DNA from: Abditibacteriaceae bacterium
GTDB taxonomy: Bacteria; Armatimonadota; Abditibacteriia; Abditibacteriales; Abditibacteriaceae
NCBI GenBank assembly: GCA_031372065.1
Contig: JANMKN010000067.1
Span: forward strand, 1-15,316
Direction: 5' to 3'
Length of the DNA stretch: 15,316 nucleotides
Under the pieces are notes generated by a model. The model was given only the letters and a program-made list of their open reading frames with translations. It made no database searches and had not been told where the DNA came from. Positions 1 through 7,333 of this stretch are shown here, piece after piece. Every line of letters starts with the position of its first letter. Position 1 is the first letter of the stretch. A program made the translations under genes and the position numbers.

Positions 1-237
1 CACCCAGCGGCCCCCGCCCCACCCGCAGCCTACCTAAGCGCCCAAAAGATCCCAAACGACCAAATTGCCCCAACCCCCCCAAACGTGCTGGGGGGCGTTA
101 AAACCAACGGCTTCCCCCCACATCCCGCCACAAAAACGCGCCCCCCCCACGTGCGGCGCCCGCTTTTGTGCTGCCGGTGGTCGGAGAACCCCTTGCCAAC
201 ATAGTCTCTTGTTAGCTTGGTATTAGGGGAGCAGCAA

Positions 238-741
238 TTAAAACTTCAGTGGCTTGCCATCAACTGTCATCTGCTGACGCAATGTTTTGGTGTTCTGCCT
301 TAACCACCGACCATGAATCTTTATCCAGCTGTCCTGAAACGACGAGTTAGAGATGATTGTTATCCTTTTCTTAGTGCGTGAATTGATACCAAAGGCTTTT
401 CCGAATTCTTTGGCAACTACTACGATTTTATTGTTTGATACGCTTACATTTATAACGGAGGTATGGGTCTTTAACTCTGTTGTCCGAGAGAACCACATCT
501 GCATATGCCGACTCACATCTGACCGCGTTAATCTTTGCCCTTTAATATTGAGCATTTGATAATTTGGAGCCAGTTGAGACAAGAGCGTTTTTGAATCTTT
601 ATGTGCAGTAGCAGTATCAATCGCTTGGTAAGCCGCGACAATAAAATGGCGTGCATCCTTGACCGAATCGGCATGAGCCGACAGCGTTGATAAGGCCAAC
701 GCCGAATATACAAGGGAATTTTTTATTGCTCGTATAATCAT
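238..741 (-). CDS. Secreted NTF2-like (DUF4440/SnoaL-like) protein
   Basis: 167 aa; signal peptide ending SAHA-D; NTF2-like pattern (LAPNYQMLNIKGQRLTR ... FQDSWIKIHGRWLR); AT-richer than neighbours. Confidence 0.7.
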   Translation of the reverse strand: MIIRAIKNSLVYSALALSTLSAHADSVKDARHFIVAAYQAIDTATAHKDSKTLLSQLAPNYQMLNIKGQRLTRSDVSRHMQMWFSRTTELKTHTSVINVSVSNNKIVVVAKEFGKAFGINSRTKKRITIISNSSFQDSWIKIHGRWLRQNTKTLRQQMTVDGKPLKF

Positions 742-917
742 CGAAGACTATTATGTCACACATCCAAGCCGCGCGCCGTAGCCCAACAATGCAACTCACC
801 CGCAAATTTCCGCCGTAAAAGCGCGCCTTTGTGCTGGGAAGTGCCCAAATTTGCCTGAAAAGCCGCAAAAACTCCTCTTCGGTATAATTTCGCGCTTGAC
901 GGGCTATCGAATACGAC

Positions 918-1379
918 GTGTGGCGGCATTCCTATCTCGTGTGGTGGGGCACTTTTGGTCTGCGAAGGCGTGGCGATAGCTTGCAGCAGCCCCTCCAAGA
1001 CTTGTCTCTGCCTCTCCAGCGCCTGTGGATGCTCACCCTACGTCTGTAGGCCCCTATCCGAGGCTTGTATATTCTCATTCAACATCTCTATCGGCTCATC
1101 TGAGGCTTGTGGATGTTCATCCGACGCCTGTGTGTGCTCATCCGAGGCTTGTATGTGCTCATCCGGCGCTGGATAAGCACATACAAGGTCTGGATAAGCG
1201 CACACAAGGTCTGGATAAGCAGACACAAGGTCTGGATAAGCAGACACACGCGTCGGATGAGCGCACACGCGCTCTGGATAAGCAGATACAGGTGCCGGAC
1301 GAGCGCCTACAAGCCTCGGATGAGCATCCACAGGCGCTGGATGAAGGCATACACGGCTTGGATAAATGTCAGTAGACAA
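918..1379. repeat. Array 1: 21-bp tandem repeats in two oppositely oriented arms (long imperfect palindrome centred at 1167/1168)
   Basis: Left arm units (YTGTRKRTGCTCATCCGAGGC-like) start at 981,1002,...,1149, with degenerate in-phase units at 918,939,960; right arm units (YGGATRAGCRSAYACAAGGYC-like) start at 1170,1191,...,1359. Confidence 0.92.
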
Positions 1380-1401
1380 GCGGCGCAGGTTTGCCTACAA
1401 T
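1373..1401 (+). promoter_or_regulatory. sigma70-like promoter at the end of array 1
   Basis: TAGACA (1373-1378), 17 bp spacer, TACAAT (1396-1401). Confidence 0.6.
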
Positions 1402-1423
1402 AAAAATATCGCCGAAAACGTTG

Positions 1424-1617
1424 TTATAAGAGTAGTTTGAAAAGTCCTCCCTCTCCCCAGCGCAGCGATTGGGGGAGAGGGTTGGGGTGAGGGGATTTCT
1501 TGTATTGGAAGAGGTCGCAAGCGACCTCGTGCCCCTCATCCGGCCCAGAGGGCACCCGCCTCTCCCCAGTGGGGAGAGGAATCCAGTTCCAGTTCCGACT
1601 TTTCAAACAAATTATAA
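1424..1617. mobile_element. MITE/REP-like element in the 5' UTR of the 323-aa gene
   Basis: Perfect 12-bp inverted repeats GTTTGAAAAGTC (1435-1446) and GACTTTTCAAAC (1597-1608); TTATAA on both flanks (1424-1429, 1612-1617); two internal CCTCTCCCC...GGGGAGAGG hairpins and GAGGTCGC-AA-GCGACCTC (1511-1528). Confidence 0.7.
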
Positions 1618-1626
1618 GGAGAACTT

Positions 1627-2598
1627 ATGCCCCGCTTAACTCTGCAAGAGCGCGAAACCGTGATGAACGACTTCGCCGGTCACTACGAAGAACTGTTGGT
1701 GCAGCATCCCGCGTGGGAAATCGAAACGGGCTTTGGCCTGACCCAACTGCGCGCCTTGTATCAAGACTACCGCGCCAAACAAGCGTCCATTGTCACGCTC
1801 GAAAGCACCACCTTACGCAATCAACGCGCCCAGCGTGACACCTTGTTTGGCGCCACAGCCGATGATGTCAATGGTGTCTGGTTTGTGCTGTCGCTTTACA
1901 AGAAAATGACGCGCTCCCGACTGCCCAACAACAGCCCGCTGCGCAAAACGATTCCGCAAATTGGCTTGGTCTATCCCGGCACTTACGACGCCATTTTGGG
2001 CGGCTTCATCGAACATTGGAAGTTAGTCAACGAGGCGTTGCCGCCAACCAAACCGCTGCTTATCGCCGGAAAATCGCTGGCTAATATAGAAGCGATTCGC
2101 ACTCAAATCGGCGGTCTTGCGACCACGGTGGACGAAGCGTTCCAAACCCGCCTCTCGGTGATGCGCGCCGAACGCGAACAGCTTTTCGGCGATGTCATCG
2201 AAGACGAACGCGAAGCGACTTCGGTTATTGGACGCCTCGACTCGTATAGCATTGAAGTGCAATCGCAGTTTCCCGGCAGCACTTTGGCGCAAACTCTGCC
2301 GCGCATTTTCCCCGAAGAAGGCGAATTGCCGCGCTTTCCCTTTAATTTCCGCACGTCGGGCGTTGATGTTGTCATCTGGTGGGCGATGGTGGAGTCTTTG
2401 AAAAACCGAGCCGCCGTTCTCTTTCTCAAAGAAGGCATCTTTGAGCAAACCCAACCCGTTCCCACGGCGCTACCTTATAAAGTCACCTTTGCGGGCGCCG
2501 AAGCCCAAGACGAACTGGATGAAGTCGAATTGCGCGACGACAACGGCATAACCATCGCACATGGCCGCCACGATGCCAGTTTGATTGAGCCAGCGTAA
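1627..2598 (+). CDS. Hypothetical cytoplasmic protein: two tandem helical repeats plus C-terminal beta-sandwich (FN3/Ig-like)
   Basis: 323 aa; RBS AAGGAG just upstream; internal duplication (LRNQRAQRDTLFG/LSVMRAEREQLFG; SPLRKTIPQI/STLAQTLPRI); beta-strand-rich C-terminus; no signal peptide. Confidence 0.8.
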   Translation: MPRLTLQERETVMNDFAGHYEELLVQHPAWEIETGFGLTQLRALYQDYRAKQASIVTLESTTLRNQRAQRDTLFGATADDVNGVWFVLSLYKKMTRSRLPNNSPLRKTIPQIGLVYPGTYDAILGGFIEHWKLVNEALPPTKPLLIAGKSLANIEAIRTQIGGLATTVDEAFQTRLSVMRAEREQLFGDVIEDEREATSVIGRLDSYSIEVQSQFPGSTLAQTLPRIFPEEGELPRFPFNFRTSGVDVVIWWAMVESLKNRAAVLFLKEGIFEQTQPVPTALPYKVTFAGAEAQDELDEVELRDDNGITIAHGRHDASLIEPA

Positions 2599-2668
2599 AA
2601 GAGCCGGCCCGCCTTGCCCTTTGCAGAGAAAGGAAACCTCTGGCCAGCGCCAAACGTGAAAAGCGCCC

Positions 2669-3034
2669 ATGAAAAAACGTATTTTAACAGCGCTCCTTGC
2701 CATCGCTTCTGTCTCTGTTGCCGCCGGATTCGCGCAAGCCGCTCCCAAAGCCAAACCCGCGCCGAAGCCGGTGCCGCAAAAGATCACTATCACCTTGCCC
2801 GAAGGCTACAAAGACAATAAAGTGGCCGTCAAAGCGGGCAAACCGGTGGCGTTGACGTTCTTTCTGAAGAGCGATGCCGGTTGCGGCGACACCGTGACGG
2901 TGCCAGCGGCCAAGTGGAAAAAAGACCTCAAGATCGGCGAAAAAGCCACCGTGGTTTACACGCCGAAGAAAAGCGGCAAATTAGCTTTTGCCTGCGGCAT
3001 GGACATGATGAAGGGTTCGTTGATCGTCAAGTAA
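2669..3034 (+). CDS. Exported cupredoxin-domain protein (CupA/EfeO-type Cupredoxin_1)
   Basis: Signal peptide ending AQA; Pro/Lys linker; motifs KAGKPV, GCGD and YTPKKSGKLAFACGMDMMKG. Confidence 0.85.
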   Translation: MKKRILTALLAIASVSVAAGFAQAAPKAKPAPKPVPQKITITLPEGYKDNKVAVKAGKPVALTFFLKSDAGCGDTVTVPAAKWKKDLKIGEKATVVYTPKKSGKLAFACGMDMMKGSLIVK

Positions 3035-3062
3035 GGCGGGCTGTGACCCGTTTCTGCTAAAC

Positions 3063-3099
3063 AAAAAGCGTCTCGTTTTAAGAAACGGGACGCTTTTTT
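3063..3099. terminator. Bidirectional intrinsic terminator
   Basis: AAAAAGCGTCTCGTTT...AAACGGGACGCTTTTTT hairpin with A/T tracts between convergent genes. Confidence 0.85.
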
Positions 3100-3122
3100 G
3101 TTTGTGAACCGTTAGATTGTTA

Positions 3123-3773
3123 CTATGAAAACCCTTCAGGCAGTTTTGACCAATCGTGCAGAAGATCGGCGGGAAAATGAAAGCCATCCGGCCAGACAAG
3201 CGTGCCGTATTCTTCATCTATCACGACTTGTTTGAAATATTCTCTATCCGACAATTCCTCGTAGTATGCTGATTGCTCCCAGAGTGACTCAAAGTTGATG
3301 GTTTGCCGTGTGTTATCATCGAATTCTATCCGCAAAGTGTAGGGGCCTTTGATTCTGAAGTTAGTTACACGATATTTTGAAGCGGCGCTCGGCATTATGG
3401 CGTCTCTCACACGCGGCAACAGTAAGCAAAAGCCTGCGGCTGCGGTCAGAAAACCGGGCACCAAAAACAAGAATAAACTGAAACCGTAGAATGCTGCATT
3501 ACGCATCGCTTCTACTTGTTCTTGCTGTTCACCGGGAGAAGGGTGCCGCGTTTGTTTATGGCGTCTCATATTAGTGATAATGTTGCAACTTGCTTTGGCC
3601 TGCGGCCAGCGTTGCCAGAGCAAGAACAAACCAATGGCGCTAAAGCAGGCATAGGCTCCAAAAGTCGCAATGGAGCCGACACGTTGCGACACCAAAACAG
3701 TCATGGCGAAATCGCCGGCGAATAATAATGCCAGCCAAATCAACCACTGAATTTTCTTTAGTTTCTCTATCAT
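3123..3773 (-). CDS. FxsA-family membrane domain fused to a DUF2442 domain
   Basis: N-terminal TM helices with the FxsA-type LFLVPGFLTAAAGFCLLLPRVR motif; C-terminal YTLRIEFDDNT...FKQVVIDEEYGTLVWPDGFHFPADLL matches the DUF2442 pattern. Confidence 0.7.
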   Translation of the reverse strand: MIEKLKKIQWLIWLALLFAGDFAMTVLVSQRVGSIATFGAYACFSAIGLFLLWQRWPQAKASCNIITNMRRHKQTRHPSPGEQQEQVEAMRNAAFYGFSLFLFLVPGFLTAAAGFCLLLPRVRDAIMPSAASKYRVTNFRIKGPYTLRIEFDDNTRQTINFESLWEQSAYYEELSDREYFKQVVIDEEYGTLVWPDGFHFPADLLHDWSKLPEGFS

Positions 3774-5659
3774 GGCGACACGATGAACTTGCGTTGCGTG
3801 GTAGTAATAAACCGATTCTTGTCGTCGAAAATGGAAATCTTCAGCGTTTGCGCGCCGGTTTTTAAAGTCGTCAAATCTATATCTATATTATGCGCGCCGG
3901 GGCGATTCGAGGCGTAGACGAGTTTGTCGTTGAGCGCCGCGTAAACTTTGGGACGTGATACATAAGTTTTAAGCGTCACAACAAAACGCGCGGTGTTATT
4001 GAACGAGGAAGCGAGGCTAATTGTCGCATTGTCATTGAAGACAAAGGGCAGGGCGGGGCGTTGGTCGGCCAAGTGTTCCGGGCCTCGGAGAAAATACGGC
4101 GATTGGGCGATTTGACGAAATTGCTCTATGATTTTCGGGCGCTCGGTGAGGTTGTAATTGTTCAGTTGGCGCCCGGCTTTGGCATGAACCAAGTTGTTGG
4201 CGTCGAACCAGTTAATCATCTTCACGCGCGGAAACAGCGCGGGCAGGGCACTATACATTTGCGCCATCTTGTCTATCGCGAAATCCTCGCGCAACTTGCG
4301 GTCAGCGGCGGCCCTGTGACTGGCGGCGTATTCGCAAATGGCAATCGGTTTTCGCTGCGCATAAAGTTTGTAAATCGGCTCCAAAAGCGTGGTTGGATTA
4401 TCTAAAAGCGCCGGGCGTTGTGGATTATTATCGTAAAACGGCACGCTATAAAGGTTGACGCCCACCCAATCGCAGCCGTCGTCGCCGGGATAATAAAGGG
4501 GAATGGTGTCAACGGGAATCGCGCCCACGCACCAAATTGTGGCGGCCAGCGGCGCAGTTTCGCGAAAGACGCGATGCACAAGGCGGAATTTCTCCTTGTA
4601 AAGCGCGGGATTCTTGCTGTAAGGAGTCCAAAAGCCATTCATTTCGCCCGCGAAGCGAATAAAAAGCGGCCAATCGGTAGCGCGGGCAGCCTTGGCCCAA
4701 CCGCGCAAATACGCATCGTCGCGCACTGCCTTGATGTCCGTCGGCTCCCACGCGATATGCGGAATCACGTTGGCGGCTTTGCAGCGTTCAATCCATTTCA
4801 GCGGAAACTTCTGACCATAAGAGACATACATGAAATGGCTGGCGAGCGCGACTCCTGCGACTTTGGTGAATTCTTCTGCGGTCTTGTGGCTTTGCCAGTT
4901 TTCGTCGAAATAAGAGTCTTTGAGTTGATCGTCGCGGTCTATAAAGGCGCCCAAGTAACAACCGACAATCGGTTCTAATTTCGCGCCCCGATAAAGCAGT
5001 TTGATTTCTTGATCGCTGGCCTGCCGCTCCCGAAAAACTTGCAAGCTGGTTTCATAACGCGCGGCCTCTTGCTCCACTACTAAAGCGCTATTGAGCGCGG
5101 TGTCTTGCCTCGCCGCACTTTTTTCTTTGGCGAGCGCGGCGCGATACATGGCAGCCTCGGCACGTCGCGCTTTGGCAGCTTCGGCAAAGGCGAAGTTTTT
5201 CAGATAAATATCGCCCAAGCGACGCAGCGCGGCATAAGTCGGATATTTTTGTTGCTTCGCACGAATGGCGGCGATTTCTGCCAAATCGCGCCCGTTAGAA
5301 ACTTGCGGCACAACGGCGGCGCCGGGCAATTTGAGCGGTAAATCATACGGCGATTTCACCACGATATTCGATGGCGGCGGCTCTGCCGGAGCCTCAATTG
5401 TTGGCTCCGTAGTAGGTGTCGGCGCTGGTGTTTCGTTCGCGGGTTCTGGCAGTGTTGAAGTGGGTAGTGTTGAAGATGGCTGCGCCGCGATTTCCGGCGG
5501 CGCGTTTTGCGCTGGCACACAAGCTGAAGGCAAGATGCTAAATGCCAGAAAAAAGAGCAGAAACCATTGTTGCCGTTGCTGTAATGATTCAGGTGTGCCG
5601 CGTTTTACCGTTTGGCTTTGATCCGGCAAAAGCGAAAAATTGTTTTTTATTGGGAGCAT
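3770..5659 (-). CDS. Glycoside hydrolase family 26 (beta-mannanase-like), membrane-anchored or lipoprotein
   Basis: IPHIAWEP, LFIRFAGEMNGFW (acid/base Glu), YYPGDDGCDWVGVNLY, KPIAICEYA (nucleophile); hydrophobic N-terminus with LPSAC and a Pro/Thr linker; start codon uncertain. Confidence 0.85.
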   Translation of the reverse strand: MLPIKNNFSLLPDQSQTVKRGTPESLQQRQQWFLLFFLAFSILPSACVPAQNAPPEIAAQPSSTLPTSTLPEPANETPAPTPTTEPTIEAPAEPPPSNIVVKSPYDLPLKLPGAAVVPQVSNGRDLAEIAAIRAKQQKYPTYAALRRLGDIYLKNFAFAEAAKARRAEAAMYRAALAKEKSAARQDTALNSALVVEQEAARYETSLQVFRERQASDQEIKLLYRGAKLEPIVGCYLGAFIDRDDQLKDSYFDENWQSHKTAEEFTKVAGVALASHFMYVSYGQKFPLKWIERCKAANVIPHIAWEPTDIKAVRDDAYLRGWAKAARATDWPLFIRFAGEMNGFWTPYSKNPALYKEKFRLVHRVFRETAPLAATIWCVGAIPVDTIPLYYPGDDGCDWVGVNLYSVPFYDNNPQRPALLDNPTTLLEPIYKLYAQRKPIAICEYAASHRAAADRKLREDFAIDKMAQMYSALPALFPRVKMINWFDANNLVHAKAGRQLNNYNLTERPKIIEQFRQIAQSPYFLRGPEHLADQRPALPFVFNDNATISLASSFNNTARFVVTLKTYVSRPKVYAALNDKLVYASNRPGAHNIDIDLTTLKTGAQTLKISIFDDKNRFITTTQRKFIVSP

Positions 5660-5749
5660 ACGGAATTGGCGTAAAGGGCGATGAGAATTTCAAGAAGCCA
5701 GTTTACCAATTCCCGTTTTCCCAACTTTCGTTTTTCGCTCGCCTCCGCG

Positions 5750-5779
5750 TTGACGCTTGCCACTCAGATAGCCTACAAT
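5750..5779 (+). promoter_or_regulatory. Putative purA promoter
   Basis: TTGACG (5750-5755), 18 bp spacer, TACAAT (5774-5779). Confidence 0.5.
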
Positions 5780-5812
5780 TATAAGGTTTGTCCGCCGTAT
5801 CCCAAGCCTTTT

Positions 5813-5880
5813 CAGTGGTTGGTGGGCAGTGGTCGGTGATCAGAGAATTCTGCCCACTGCCTACTGCCCACTGCCCACTG
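5813..5880. repeat. Palindromic 7-bp-unit repeat (CAGTGGK)n...(CCCACTG)n
   Basis: Four heptamers on each side of CAGAGAATTCTG; forms a hairpin in the purA leader. Confidence 0.8.
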
Positions 5881-5915
5881 TCCTTGGATGGAAAAGGGCG
5901 GAATGCAGGAGAAAC

Positions 5916-7223
5916 ATGGGTTCAATAGTCGTAGTGGGCGCGCAGTGGGGCGATGAAGGCAAGGGCCGCATCGTGGACTTGCTGGCCGAGCGCGCTGATG
6001 TCGTCGTCCGCTTTCAGGGCGGGGCCAATGCCGGGCACACCATCATCGCCGAAGGTCAGGAATATGTGTTGCATCTCATTCCCAGCGGCTTTGTGCAAGG
6101 CAAAACGTGCTTGATCGGCAATGGCGTCGTGATTGATTTGCCGACGCTGTTTGAAGAAATTGACGGCCTTGCCGAGCGCGGCTTTGAGTTCGACGGCAAA
6201 TTGTTCGTCAGTGATCGCGCGCACCTGACTTTGCCGTATCATCGCTTGTTGGACGCGGCGCGCGAAGCGGCCAATCCAGCGCGCAAAATCGGCACCACTA
6301 TGCGCGGCATCGGGCCAACTTACGTTGACAAAATGATGCGCATTGGCGTGCGCGTGGCCGATCTTTTCGACGAAGATTTGTTGGCCGAAAAAATCGCCGC
6401 CAACTGGGAAGATAAAACGCACGGCTTGCGTCACCTCACTGAAGAACAGCGCCCTCATCCCGAAGCGGTTTTAGCGCAGTATTTGCTTTATGCCGCGCGC
6501 CTTAAGCCTTTTGTGACTGATTGTTCCGTTATTCTTGATAAAGCGCGCCGCGCGGGCAAGCATATCCTATTTGAAGGCGCGCAGGGCGCCGGTTTGGACA
6601 TTGATTTCGGGACGTATCCTTACGTTACTTCGTCCAACACCATCGCGGGCGGCGCTTGCACCGGCAGCGGCGTTGGGCCGACCTCCATTGACCATGTGGC
6701 GGGCATTGCCAAGGCTTATTGCACCCGCGTCGGCGATGGGCCGTTTCCCACTTTGATGGAAAGCGCCATCGAAGAACAATGCCGTCAAATCGGCCACGAA
6801 TTTGGTGCCACGACAGGCCGCAAACGCCTCTGTGGTTGGTATGATGCCATGCTGGTGCGCCACGCTGCGCGCGTCAATGGCATGAGCAGTTTGGTCATTA
6901 CGAAGTTGGATGTGCTGGATCACTTTGAAGAACTCAAACTTTGCACCGGCTACTTGTATAAAGGCGAGGCGATGGATCATTTTCCGACTTCGCTCAAGCA
7001 ATTAGGCGAGTGCGAGCCGGTTTACGAAACCTTCCCCGGCTGGATGACGCCGACGGGCGATGCGCGCCGTTTCAGCGATTTGCCCGACAATGCGCGCCGT
7101 TATATCGAGCGCCTCGAAGAAGTTTCTGATGTGCCGGTTTCGTTGATTTCCGTTTCGCCCTCGCGCGAATCGTTTATCTGCCTCGATCATTCGCTGTTGA
7201 CTTACGAAGTCAGCCGGACTTAA
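5916..7223 (+). CDS. purA: Adenylosuccinate synthetase
   Basis: GAQWGDEGKG, RFQGGANAGHT, IGTTMRGIGP, EGAQG, EFGATTGRKR, TKLDVLD; RBS AGGAG before ATG 5916. Confidence 0.99.
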   Translation: MGSIVVVGAQWGDEGKGRIVDLLAERADVVVRFQGGANAGHTIIAEGQEYVLHLIPSGFVQGKTCLIGNGVVIDLPTLFEEIDGLAERGFEFDGKLFVSDRAHLTLPYHRLLDAAREAANPARKIGTTMRGIGPTYVDKMMRIGVRVADLFDEDLLAEKIAANWEDKTHGLRHLTEEQRPHPEAVLAQYLLYAARLKPFVTDCSVILDKARRAGKHILFEGAQGAGLDIDFGTYPYVTSSNTIAGGACTGSGVGPTSIDHVAGIAKAYCTRVGDGPFPTLMESAIEEQCRQIGHEFGATTGRKRLCGWYDAMLVRHAARVNGMSSLVITKLDVLDHFEELKLCTGYLYKGEAMDHFPTSLKQLGECEPVYETFPGWMTPTGDARRFSDLPDNARRYIERLEEVSDVPVSLISVSPSRESFICLDHSLLTYEVSRT

Positions 7224-7231
7224 TTTTTCAC

Positions 7232-7320
7232 CACAAAGGGCACAAAGAACTTCACAAAGAAACACAAAGTAACGATGTCGTATCTTGTGTTTCTTTGTGA
7301 AATTCTTGGTGTCCTTTGTG
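7232..7320. repeat. REP-like palindrome built from CACAAAG units
   Basis: 36-bp arms 7232-7267 and 7285-7320 with 3 mismatches, right after the purA stop. Confidence 0.85.
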
Positions 7321-7333
7321 TTTTGTTCATCGC

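Noticed and set aside
1..200. C-rich low-complexity stretch and short minus-strand ORF
   Set aside because: Homopolymer-rich with no recognisable product; looks like low-quality contig-end sequence
918..1379. CRISPR array interpretation of the 21-bp repeats (also for 10975-11184)
   Set aside because: Units are contiguous with no unique spacers, the arms are inverted, and no cas genes are present
1424..1606. 60-aa ORF containing PHPNPLP
   Set aside because: Spurious translation of the REP/MITE hairpins
5829..5915. N-terminal extension of PurA in the ORF track
   Set aside because: It is a translation of the heptamer repeat; the RBS and family alignment support ATG 5916
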